A DNA stretch of 64,000 bases from Chloroflexota bacterium (GTDB lineage Bacteria > Chloroflexota > Anaerolineae > Promineifilales > Promineifilaceae): the NCBI GenBank assembly GCA_002746795.1, contig PDQY01000100.1:29-64028 (forward strand). Direction: 5' to 3'. The position numbers and the translations under genes were made by a program. Position 1 is the stretch's first letter. Every line of letters starts with the position of its first letter. Below are positions 29,613 through 38,563 of the stretch, in pieces. The notes below the pieces were generated by a model. That model searched no databases. It was not told the origin of the DNA and saw nothing but the letters and a program-made list of their open reading frames with translations.

Positions 29613-30918
29613 TGCCCTCCAATTCACGAACGGATGATTCCTCTTCTTCGTTTGTATTGGCAAACCATTTCAAGTTTAAAGGAGCTATCCCTCCTTTTTC
29701 ACTGCGAATCAAAGCTGAAAGCTGGTCTAACAAAGGCAGCCATTTTTCTTGCTGACGCAGCCAGCGACCGTGCCGTTTCTCTCGTGATAAATCGGGGCGC
29801 GTTCCTTGTAATTGTTGATACAAAGCCAGGGTACGCTGCACTGTGTTTTTGATGTCATATTTCAGACTGGCAACTTTAGCACTCTCACTCATTTGCTGCC
29901 GTTGTGTTTCATCCAAAGCTAAACCAACCATGGCTGCTGCCAATCCGTCATGGGGGTCTTGTACCAAGAAACCGGATTCTCCTGGCACAACAGAATCGAT
30001 AATTCCGGGAGAGGCAGGTGCCGCCACCGGCAAACCGATTGCCATGGCTTCTATCACGGTTAAGGGATGCACTTCTGTGGTTGAGGCTGTCACAAACATA
30101 TCAGCAGCAGCCAGGTAATTCGGAACCTCTTCATATTTCAAGGCACCCCAAAAGTGGACAAATTCGGAAATATGCAAACATTCAGCATAGTGGCGTAATG
30201 CTTGTTCTAAGGCACCACGCCCCCCCAAACCTAGATGCAGATTGGGCACAATATCGTGGGCCACAGCCAGTTGGTCTAACAGGGTAAACAGGTTTTTCTC
30301 GGGTGCTATCCGACCAATATACACCGCCAAAACGGCCGTTTCTGGAATCCCCAGCTCTGTTTTAGTTTTGGGCGCGGGTGGGTTTTGGAAAGGAACCAGG
30401 TCTACCCCATTTTCGATGACCTTTATGGGACGACGCACGCCAAAATCCAACATAACCTGGCGCACACTTTCAGAGGGAGTGATCACCACATCAGCAAAAT
30501 CAGAAAACTCCGGCCAAATCTGGCGCATCAGGGCGTCTGCTGCTGGCTGCGGAATCGATGCCTTGCTGTTGACATATAAATCATAACGGGTGTGGTTAGT
30601 GTAAACGATAGGGCAGTTGGCATAGCGATGAGCTAATTCCACGCTCATAATAAGATGGTGACAATGCAAAATTTCCATCTGATACATGAGCTTCTGAGCC
30701 TCCCGGCTGTAACGCAAGCTCATGTAATAACCTTCTTTAAAAGGGATCGCTGGAGAGCGGATGACATTCTCCTCTTCCCCCGCCGGATCAGGCTGCCCTA
30801 ATGTAAATACATAGACCTCGTGCCCCCATGATTCCAACTCTTTTTTATACATGGAAATCATGTGAGTGACCCCATTGACAACAGGTTTATAACAAGATGT
30901 CACCATGCCAATTTTCAT
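29605..30918 (-). CDS. GT4-family (group 1) glycosyltransferase
   Basis: GT-B fold signature: MKIGMVTSCYKPVVNGV N-terminus and a C-terminal E..G.P.. region with VTASTTEVHPLTVIEAMAIGLPV. Confidence 0.75.
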   Translation of the reverse strand: MKIGMVTSCYKPVVNGVTHMISMYKKELESWGHEVYVFTLGQPDPAGEEENVIRSPAIPFKEGYYMSLRYSREAQKLMYQMEILHCHHLIMSVELAHRYANCPIVYTNHTRYDLYVNSKASIPQPAADALMRQIWPEFSDFADVVITPSESVRQVMLDFGVRRPIKVIENGVDLVPFQNPPAPKTKTELGIPETAVLAVYIGRIAPEKNLFTLLDQLAVAHDIVPNLHLGLGGRGALEQALRHYAECLHISEFVHFWGALKYEEVPNYLAAADMFVTASTTEVHPLTVIEAMAIGLPVAAPASPGIIDSVVPGESGFLVQDPHDGLAAAMVGLALDETQRQQMSESAKVASLKYDIKNTVQRTLALYQQLQGTRPDLSREKRHGRWLRQQEKWLPLLDQLSALIRSEKGGIAPLNLKWFANTNEEEESSVRELEGNE

Positions 30919-30953
30919 CTGTCTATTCTACAGCTAACGTCACGCCCTCCATA

Positions 30954-32108
30954 TTACGCCTGAGTCAGGTGAACTGAATGAGCCAACAACCAGCGATGCA
31001 AATGAGACAATCCCAGCATACAAGCCCACTGGTTAATATTCTCTGGATATCCGCCAAATGAACGCTGTGTCACAGATACACCCTGTTCTGACGATAAAAA
31101 GGAGCTGATCTGCACCCCACCAGAGTTGATTTGATTATGCAAAAATAAACTCAAATTCACCTTTTGTTTTAAGCGCAGCTGTTCCGTTGCCTGACGGCTC
31201 CATGCGGTGAAATCCTCTTGAGACTCAAAGGGAGAGATGTTCAGGTATTCTGCAAACGTTTCGATTTGATCGAAAGGAAAGGCCTCCACCACAGCCCCAT
31301 AATCCAACACTTGAGCCATGGCTCTCGATAAGAAACGGCTGGTGTTACATTCAACAATGGCCAGACGATACCCACTTTTCCGCAGCATGTTGAGAATAAC
31401 CGCCTCCAAACGATCACTGCCTTCTCCATAAACGTGATCCCCCAAACGACTGCGCACTTGCTGATTTAGAGCAGTTAATTGTGATTCAATGTCTTGCTCA
31501 TTGTCACCTTCTACAGACAATCGAATATTGGTTTGCCCTGCATAAGAGTCAAAAGAAATGGTGTGATTCAATTCCTTCGCAATGTCGGAGAGCATCTGAC
31601 GAATGCTGCTCTCCATCAACCCCACTGTGCGCAATAAAACCCAGCCGGATTTCAATTGTTGCTGACACTGAAGATAAGGGAAAACGGCCGTTTCCAACAC
31701 ATAGGCCATTTCGCGCCGGTTACTGGGCAAACAGAACAGCAAGCTGCCATTGCTTTCAATATAAAACGCATTGGATTGCACCGGGCAGATGTCTATTTGA
31801 GTAGCGCCAATCACAACATTTTTGTCGGGATCAAACGTTAATCCTGTTGCAGCTGCCGCGGCGGCCCTCGTGAAATCGTTAACGGCCGTTCCCAAACCAC
31901 CAATAGCAAACACCACATCAGCCCGATCTAAAGCCACCAACAACGCTTCCGTAATCCGTTCCAGATTATCGCCAACCGTCACTTTATAAATGAGTTCTGC
32001 ATCAATCGTCTGCAAACTGCGGGAAATATACGCAGAGTTCGTATCGAGTACATCACTCATGAGCAGTTCAGCACCAATGCTTACGACTTCGACCTTCATC
32101 ACTGCCAT
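30954..32108 (-). CDS. CinA-like molybdopterin-binding (MoCF) domain protein
   Basis: VVSIGAELLMSDVLDTNSAYISRSL N-terminus is typical of CinA/MoCF_biosynth proteins. Confidence 0.6.
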   Translation of the reverse strand: MAVMKVEVVSIGAELLMSDVLDTNSAYISRSLQTIDAELIYKVTVGDNLERITEALLVALDRADVVFAIGGLGTAVNDFTRAAAAAATGLTFDPDKNVVIGATQIDICPVQSNAFYIESNGSLLFCLPSNRREMAYVLETAVFPYLQCQQQLKSGWVLLRTVGLMESSIRQMLSDIAKELNHTISFDSYAGQTNIRLSVEGDNEQDIESQLTALNQQVRSRLGDHVYGEGSDRLEAVILNMLRKSGYRLAIVECNTSRFLSRAMAQVLDYGAVVEAFPFDQIETFAEYLNISPFESQEDFTAWSRQATEQLRLKQKVNLSLFLHNQINSGGVQISSFLSSEQGVSVTQRSFGGYPENINQWACMLGLSHLHRWLLAHSVHLTQA

Positions 32109-32197
32109 TCCAACATCACATATCCGTCAAAAAAAACGGCTGGTATCACCCAACCGGCACAGACAAATATAGATTAAACAGACCTCTTCATCACGAC

Positions 32198-32710
32198 TCA
32201 ACCTGACACTTTTTTAGATTGGGATAACATCAATTGCAATTGCCGAATGGTCAAGTCTGAACTCCGAATCTTAAAAGCAAGATCTCCTGCCAAATTCTTC
32301 ATCAGCTTGTACCCCAATTCTGGATATGTATCACACAATAACATCAGATGGTCATGAGGGATTTCCAACAGATAAGTATTATCTTCACTCGCCTTCACAG
32401 TGGCCAGGCGCAAGCCTTCATCAACAAAAGCCATTTCACCAGTGATCTGCCCTTGCCCTAACTCCACCAGCACCACAGAAGCGGCACCTTGTTGCTCCAC
32501 ATCGCCCGCCAAATCAGGATTCATCACAATTTCCACCCCTCCACGACCAATCACAAAAAGTGCCTTAGACCCGTCGTGTGCTGGCACCACCACCTCACCT
32601 TTTTGATAGGTGTTTGGTTTGCAAATGGCAGCAACCATCTCTAATTGCTTTTGACCAAAACCATGAAATATCTCTATGACAGACAGAATTGCTACTATAT
32701 TGGGCTGCAT
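32198..32710 (-). CDS. cyclic-nucleotide-binding domain protein
   Basis: cNMP phosphate-binding cassette GEMAFVDEGLRLATVKA. Confidence 0.65.
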   Translation of the reverse strand: MQPNIVAILSVIEIFHGFGQKQLEMVAAICKPNTYQKGEVVVPAHDGSKALFVIGRGGVEIVMNPDLAGDVEQQGAASVVLVELGQGQITGEMAFVDEGLRLATVKASEDNTYLLEIPHDHLMLLCDTYPELGYKLMKNLAGDLAFKIRSSDLTIRQLQLMLSQSKKVSG

Positions 32711-32944
32711 AACTTCCTCATTCTAAGCCACGCCAATCATACATCAAAATTCTAGCATAATCGAGCTGATTCATCCACGACAAGAGGGTCACAATCCTAA
32801 ACAGATAGGCAAAAAAGGGCTTCCCCACAAATGCTCGCCTACCGGCAATAAAAGGAACGGCACCATTCACATTGATCCAGGTTAATCCATTGCCGTTCTT
32901 TAATTTAATCGTCAAAAACCAGAGGAATGGCTCCCAATTGATCT

Positions 32945-33928
32945 TCAACTACTTTGTTGTTTATAAGCGTTGGCTCCCACAGACAGAACACCATGTTTTT
33001 GAGGCTTTTGGGAAACAGTATATTCCTTCGAGAGCATGCCATAACGCGGCCCCCCAGCTACTAAGGAGGTAATGGATATTTTGGCTTGAGCAGGTAAATG
33101 GCTGCGAGCATATTGGTAAATTGCATTGACATCCACTTTAACCGGATCCAGCAGCAAGCCAAGCACACTGCCACAATGTGTTCGACATATTCCCAAAGCA
33201 GACACAGATTTGGCAAATTTTAATGTTTTATCCAGAAAAGGGTTAAACACTATCTTTTGTTGAGCTGTCGCGCTCAACGTGGACGCTCTACCGACCATTT
33301 CCCAATCTCTGAAAAGTAGACCTTGTTTCAAAAAAGCAAAAGCGATTTGATGGGTGGGAGCCAACTCTTTTAAGGTGTTTTGGTAATCTTGTTTGTGGTA
33401 TTTGATTGGATCCACAACCTTGCCCGGGTCAATGACGATGACGATTAACGGCGGGGTTTCGGGAAACGATTCGATTAAATGACCATTGATAGGGTCAAAC
33501 ATCGCTAAACCAGAAAACAAGGTGCTGTCAGTTGACTCGATTTGGGTGGCAAGAAGCGAAGCCTGGTTTGGCGGTAACGGCCGTTCACAAGCCTGAGCCA
33601 AGGCATACAAAACAGCACCAATATCAGCCGTACTAGAGCCATATCCACGACTCCTGGGAATCGCCGTATCAATGGAAAAACGGCCGTGACTTTGTTCACG
33701 ACCCAACCAAGCCAGGCCAGCTAATAAAGCCTGGTTCGCTTTCAAAAATTGAGGCTGCTGTTGCGCGCGCAGTTTAGCCCGAGAAACTGTAACCGTAGCC
33801 GTACTATACTGATCAATAGGGCAAGACACCAAACAAGGCCGTCCTTGCCAGGTTCCCTGCACAAGTTCGCCACACGCTGCCGGAATAGCAGCAACGGCCG
33901 TTTTCTGGATGCTGTTTATCGTATTCAT
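32945..33928 (-). CDS. pduX: L-threonine kinase (PduX, GHMP family) for the cobalamin aminopropanol linker
   Basis: IPAACGELVQGTWQGRPCLVSCPIDQYSTATV resembles the N-terminal PduX signature as I recall it (from memory, unchecked). GHMP box PRSRGYGSSTAD. Confidence 0.7.
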   Translation of the reverse strand: MNTINSIQKTAVAAIPAACGELVQGTWQGRPCLVSCPIDQYSTATVTVSRAKLRAQQQPQFLKANQALLAGLAWLGREQSHGRFSIDTAIPRSRGYGSSTADIGAVLYALAQACERPLPPNQASLLATQIESTDSTLFSGLAMFDPINGHLIESFPETPPLIVIVIDPGKVVDPIKYHKQDYQNTLKELAPTHQIAFAFLKQGLLFRDWEMVGRASTLSATAQQKIVFNPFLDKTLKFAKSVSALGICRTHCGSVLGLLLDPVKVDVNAIYQYARSHLPAQAKISITSLVAGGPRYGMLSKEYTVSQKPQKHGVLSVGANAYKQQSS

Positions 33929-33949
33929 GATTAATTTGAATGCGCCCTC

Positions 33950-33980
33950 AAAACAAAAAACCCCTGTTATTTGACAGGGG
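33950..33980 (-). terminator. intrinsic terminator (expression platform of the riboswitch)
   Basis: The minus strand reads CCCCTGT-CAAATA-ACAGGGG followed by TTTTTTGTTTT. It lies between the riboswitch and the pduX start. Confidence 0.6.
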
Positions 33981-34039
33981 TAAGATCACCTTGGCTCCAA
34001 GGGTCACATATCCACCTCTCTATCCTCGAAGAAAATGGT

Positions 34040-34185
34040 TACATAAATCAGGCGGGCGACCTGGCTTTCAGCAGTATTTTCTCCTGCCGACTACAGTTGC
34101 GGGACAGCGCCGGACTGCAAAAAAATTGTTACCGGCTTCGCCTTTCAGCCTTCCCATCCGGGGGTGTAGGCACCTTGATTTATCA
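34040..34185 (-). promoter_or_regulatory. cobalamin (B12) riboswitch
   Basis: The minus strand reads AAGGTGCC..GGGAAGGCTGAAAGGCGAAGCCGGT..TCCGGCGCTGTCCCGCAACTGTAG..AAAGCCAGGTCGCCCGCC. The conserved GCTG.CCCGCAACTGT core and a B12-box-like AGCCAGG.C.CC.GCC are present in the right order. Confidence 0.75.
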
Positions 34186-34257
34186 AATTGGTTTATAAAG
34201 TACAACTGGGTGATAAATTATCACCCACTTCATCACAACTGATGTTTGTCATCAATT

Positions 34258-36171
34258 TTATGACGGTTCCACTCTGGGGCCATACCCTACTTCCGCCAAC
34301 GAATCTGTGATTTCATCCAAAATCAAGGGATCATCAATCGTCGCTGGCATCTTCCACTCTTGTTGATCCGCAATGCGCTTCATCGTACCGCGTAGCACTT
34401 TGCCAGAGCGCGTTTTGGGCAGTCGTTCAACGACAACCGCCTTCTTGAAAGCAGCGACCGGTCCAATCTCCCTCCGCACCATTTGCACCACTTCCTGCGT
34501 AATCTCATCGTGATCCCGATCCACGCCTGCTTTAAGAACAAGCAGCCCCAACGGCAAAGCGCCCTTCAAGTCATCGTTCACACCAATAACAGCACATTCA
34601 GCAACATCTGGATGCGCAGAAATAACCCCTTCTATGCCCCCAGTCGATAAGCGGTGCCCAGCCACATTGATAATATCGTCAGTGCGACTCATGATAAAAA
34701 TATATCCATCGGCATCCTTATACCCTGCATCAGCCGTTAGATAATACCCTCGATAAGCCTGCAAATAAGATTGCTCAAAGCCCAAATCATTCTGCCATAA
34801 CGTGGGTAGCGTGCCTGGAGGCAGCGGCAATTTCACCACAATATCACCAATTTCATCTGGTGCGGCTTCTTCATTATTGAGATTGAGGATCTGCACATCA
34901 TAACCAGGAACTGGTTTACTGGCAGAGCCAAGTTTGACCGGTAAACGTTCAATTCCCAACGGATTTGCAACCATAGGCCAGCCCGTTTCCGTCTGCCACC
35001 AATGGTCGATAACCGGCACATTGAGCAAATCTTCAGCCCATTTCAAGGTATCAGGATCGCAACGTTCACCTGCCAGGAATAACGCCTTGAAACAACTGAG
35101 ATCATAGTTTTCTTTATAGGTGCCATGGGGGTCTTCCCGTTTGATAGCCCGGAAGGCAGTGGGAGCCGTAAACAAGGTTTTAACACCGTGATCAGAAATG
35201 ACCCGCCAAAAGGCACCAGGGTCTGGCGTGCCGATAGGTTTGCCCTCATACAAAATAGTCGTACAACCATGAAACAGGGGACCATAAACGATATAGGAGT
35301 GACCCACCACCCAGCCTACATCTGATGCCGCCCAATAAACGTCACCAGGATCGGCGTCGTAAATATTTTTCATGCTCCATTTAAGCGCCACTAAATGACC
35401 GCCATTGTCGCGCACCACACCTTTGGGAACCCCAGTCGTGCCCGAGGTGTAGAGGATGTACAGGGGATCCGTAGCCGCCACCGGGACACAAGCAACAGGA
35501 TCAGCTTTGGCAACGGCCGTTTTCCAATCCAAATCTCGCCCCAATACCAAACTCACCGTCAACTGCGGCCGCTGCAAAATGAGGCATTTCTCCGGTTTTG
35601 AGTCCGCAATCTCAATCGCCTGATCTAACAGAGGTTTATACTCTACGATTCGGGTTGGTTCAATGCCACAAGATGCCGACAAAATCGCCTTTGGCTTGGC
35701 GTCATCAATACGGGTTGCCAGCTCATTGGCCGCAAAGCCCCCAAACACCACCGAATGGATCGCGCCGATCCGGGCACAAGCCAGCATGGCCATCGCCGCC
35801 TCAGGCACCATCGGCATATAAATGATAACCCGATCCCCTTTGCCCACCCCCATGTTGACCAATACCCCCGCCAGCCTGGCGACCTCATCTCTGAGTTCCT
35901 GGTAGGTAAATTCTTGCACCGAGTTTGTCACAGGGCTGTCATAGATAAGCGCTAACTGGTCAGAACGGCCGTTTTCCACATGAAGATCCAGCGCGTTGTA
36001 GCAACTATTCACCTCTGCACCAACAAACCAACGATACAATGGCGCCCGGGAATCATCTAAAACCTTGTCCCAGCTCTTGTACCAATGAACATCCTGGGCT
36101 GCTTCAGCCCAAAATGCTTCTGGATCAGCCTTCCAATTCATATAAACAGTTTCATAGGTGTGTGCAGTCAT
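34258..36171 (-). CDS. prpE: propionate--CoA ligase (PrpE-like acyl-CoA synthetase)
   Basis: ATG 36171 follows AAGGAG. YTSGTTGVPKG, VVFGGFAANELATRIDDAKP and GHSYIVYGPL, collinear with PrpE/Acs. Confidence 0.8.
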   Translation of the reverse strand: MTAHTYETVYMNWKADPEAFWAEAAQDVHWYKSWDKVLDDSRAPLYRWFVGAEVNSCYNALDLHVENGRSDQLALIYDSPVTNSVQEFTYQELRDEVARLAGVLVNMGVGKGDRVIIYMPMVPEAAMAMLACARIGAIHSVVFGGFAANELATRIDDAKPKAILSASCGIEPTRIVEYKPLLDQAIEIADSKPEKCLILQRPQLTVSLVLGRDLDWKTAVAKADPVACVPVAATDPLYILYTSGTTGVPKGVVRDNGGHLVALKWSMKNIYDADPGDVYWAASDVGWVVGHSYIVYGPLFHGCTTILYEGKPIGTPDPGAFWRVISDHGVKTLFTAPTAFRAIKREDPHGTYKENYDLSCFKALFLAGERCDPDTLKWAEDLLNVPVIDHWWQTETGWPMVANPLGIERLPVKLGSASKPVPGYDVQILNLNNEEAAPDEIGDIVVKLPLPPGTLPTLWQNDLGFEQSYLQAYRGYYLTADAGYKDADGYIFIMSRTDDIINVAGHRLSTGGIEGVISAHPDVAECAVIGVNDDLKGALPLGLLVLKAGVDRDHDEITQEVVQMVRREIGPVAAFKKAVVVERLPKTRSGKVLRGTMKRIADQQEWKMPATIDDPLILDEITDSLAEVGYGPRVEPS

Positions 36172-36432
36172 CAAAAACTCCTTTATAGGGTTTCGTAGGT
36201 GGGCATTGAGGCGACCAAAGCTCAATGGCAAATGACAAACTTTGATCCCCGATCATTCATCTTTCATCAACACTCATTCTACTCACAAAAAAAACATCAG
36301 ATCAACCGTATAAATAGAGCTGCCCTGGATATACGTCCAGTCATACCCAGGGCAAACGGCTGCTTTCTAGGATAAATACCCAAGAAAAAACTATCTGCCA
36401 AATTACACTATGTGCGCCTCCATAAACAAGTC

Positions 36433-36498
36433 GCGGAATTGCATCGTTAGTTTCAAAGAACAGTTAAAGAAACGACTTCGTCGTATTATTTAATTTCC
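36433..36498 (+). repeat. SIR, A-type, truncated copy overlapping the gldA stop
   Basis: GCGGAATTGCATCGTTAGTTTCAAAGAACAGTTAAAGAAACGACTTCGTCGTATTATTTAATTTCC. The last 9 nt are the final codons of gldA (GGA AAT TAA on the minus strand). Confidence 0.65.
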
Positions 36499-37584
36499 TT
36501 TGCGCTGCCGTCCTTCAGCATCAGCAGCCTTCAGAGCCGCAAAAACCATCTCTGGTGTCACCGGAATCGGTTCATTGTAAATCGTTTCCCCTTCCGCACA
36601 TGCTTGTTTGGCCACGACCATCAAATCCTCATCCGAAACATTCTCCAAACCAATTTCAGCTAACGTGGTAGGCAAACCAACTTCTTCACAGAACGTATAC
36701 ACTTCATCAATCAAATCGGCTGGCTTGTCAGTTAAGAACAACGAAGAGACCACCCCGATAGCCACTTTTTCCCCGTGCCAATAATGGTGAGTATCTGCCA
36801 GAGCCGTCAACCCATTATGAATGGCATGGCAAGCAGCCAAGCCCCCACTTTCAAAGCCCAAACCACTCAACAACGTATTCGCCTCAATCACTCGTTCCAA
36901 AGCAGGCGTCACCACCTTGGCTTCACATGACGCTTTCGCCACTGCACCATATTCCAAAATGGTCTCATAGCAAAAACGAGCCAAATTGCGGGCAGTCATG
37001 GAGCCAACATCGCCAGTCATATTGCCACCATAGCTGCGTTCGCAAGCATCAGCTTCAAACCAGGTAGAGAGTGCGTCACCAATACCCGCAACCAAGAAGC
37101 GTACTGGCGCCTCCGCAACAATACGAGAGTCAACCAACACAACATCAGGATTCTTGGGCAGAATAAGGTAACGTTTAAAGACACCTTCTGGCGTGTAAAT
37201 GACAGAAAGCGCACTGGTGGGAGCATCTGTAGAGGCAATAGTGGGCACAATAATGACAGGCAGCCCCAGCGCATGCGCCGTGCCTTTAGCTGTATCTAAT
37301 GCCTTCCCGCCACCAATGCCAACAACCACTTTCGCATCAGCTTCTTTCACCATTTTAGACAGACGTCCGATTTCTTCATCAGAACATTCTCTGTTAAACG
37401 ATTCAACAACAATTTTGACCTCCGCTTCCACATCACTCTGAAAACGAGGTAACAATTCTTCATTTACAAATGGATCTACAATCAGAAAAGCAGTATCGCC
37501 AAAACGAGCCGCTTCTTTTCCTAAACGTTTGGTCGCTTCATATCCTTGAATATAGCGTCCAGGGAATATAGTTGTGCTAATCAT
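36490..37584 (-). CDS. gldA: glycerol dehydrogenase (Fe-ADH family III)
   Basis: Collinear with E. coli GldA: GIGGGKALDTAKG, PTIASTDAPTSALSVIYT, GIGDALSTWFEA, HYWHGEKVA. Confidence 0.85.
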   Translation of the reverse strand: MISTTIFPGRYIQGYEATKRLGKEAARFGDTAFLIVDPFVNEELLPRFQSDVEAEVKIVVESFNRECSDEEIGRLSKMVKEADAKVVVGIGGGKALDTAKGTAHALGLPVIIVPTIASTDAPTSALSVIYTPEGVFKRYLILPKNPDVVLVDSRIVAEAPVRFLVAGIGDALSTWFEADACERSYGGNMTGDVGSMTARNLARFCYETILEYGAVAKASCEAKVVTPALERVIEANTLLSGLGFESGGLAACHAIHNGLTALADTHHYWHGEKVAIGVVSSLFLTDKPADLIDEVYTFCEEVGLPTTLAEIGLENVSDEDLMVVAKQACAEGETIYNEPIPVTPEMVFAALKAADAEGRQRKGN

Positions 37585-37613
37585 TTTTATCTCCTAAAAA
37601 CTTTAAACTGATA

Positions 37614-37709
37614 AAGACTGACGATGAAATAAAATGCAGAATTGCATCGTCAGTTTCAAAGAACGGTAAGGGCACGACTTCGTCGTATGATTTAATTTCC
37701 GTTCCTCAG
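37614..37709 (+). repeat. SIR, A-type, full copy
   Basis: AAAGACTGACGATGAAATAAAATGCAGAATTGCATCGTCAGTTTCAAAGAACGGTAAGGGCACGACTTCGTCGTATGATTTAATTTCCGTTCCTCAG. Confidence 0.8.
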
Positions 37710-37963
37710 CAAGCATCTAGCAAAGCTTGCTCAAAACAACGAATAAAACACAGATTAACATAGATTATCACAGATTACAATGCCCCTAGCTACGTCATCT
37801 ATGTTGCGCTGTGAGCCTACTGAAAAAAAGGGTCACAAAGGCCAAAATGGGATGCTTTGCCAGCGAACTGGTAACGATATCCAGGCTCTTGGACAACCCA
37901 GATTTTTTTCTTTTATCTTGGTAAAGTGCTATCAGGTTTTTAGCTAAGAAACAACAACCACAG

Positions 37964-38563
37964 TTACAGTAATTTTTCAATCAAATCTTTGTGGGGCGAG
38001 GAAATCACTTCAAATGAGTCAATCACACCCTCGTCTCTGAGCCGTTCCGCAGCGGTGTTCACAGCACTGCGCACGGCACTCACTTCTCCAGTAAATACCG
38101 TAAAAGCCTTACCCCCCATGGCAAACGGCAAACGAATTTCAATTAAATCAACTGGAGCCGCTTTCACGGCCAGGTCAGCCGCGACGATGGAGGCCGCCAG
38201 AGTGAAAGTCTCAATGACACCAATCGCTTTTACCTTTTCAATCTCGGTTGTAGCTGTCAATGCCGGGAAAACGCTGGGGTGGACGTTGGATAGGATGAAA
38301 TGGTCTACCACTACCTCTGGCGCCACTTCTTGCCCAATGGTCACAGCACTCTTAACATGACTAACGGTACCTGCCACTAAGATGATATATTTGCCTGGGC
38401 AAACCACGTGAGCCCGGAGCAGTTCCACGTCGGCGGCTTTCAGGATAACATCGGTGGTCTTCATCCCCCGGGCGATGCTGCGCAGTTCGATTAAACCGAT
38501 AGCTCGTTTTACGGATGTAGGTCTTTGGATTACGGTTTGTGGCATCATATCAATTCGCCTCAA
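37964..38563 (-). CDS. pduT: tandem-BMC shell protein PduT (Fe-S type BMC-T)
   Basis: Two BMC domains. VCPGKYIILVAG and LSNVHPSVFPAL match the Salmonella PduT segments ICPGKFLLMLGG and LANIHPSVLPAI. Confidence 0.85.
   Translation of the reverse strand: MRRIDMMPQTVIQRPTSVKRAIGLIELRSIARGMKTTDVILKAADVELLRAHVVCPGKYIILVAGTVSHVKSAVTIGQEVAPEVVVDHFILSNVHPSVFPALTATTEIEKVKAIGVIETFTLAASIVAADLAVKAAPVDLIEIRLPFAMGGKAFTVFTGEVSAVRSAVNTAAERLRDEGVIDSFEVISSPHKDLIEKLL

Noticed and set aside
37795-37980. A 61-aa minus-strand ORF with a Cys-rich N-terminus (MKNYCNCGCC...), considered as a possible RiPP or metallopeptide precursor downstream of pduT.
   Set aside because: It would start at a TTG inside the last codons of pduT with no RBS. 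The remainder is not peptide-precursor-like. I see no modifying enzyme or transporter gene nearby.
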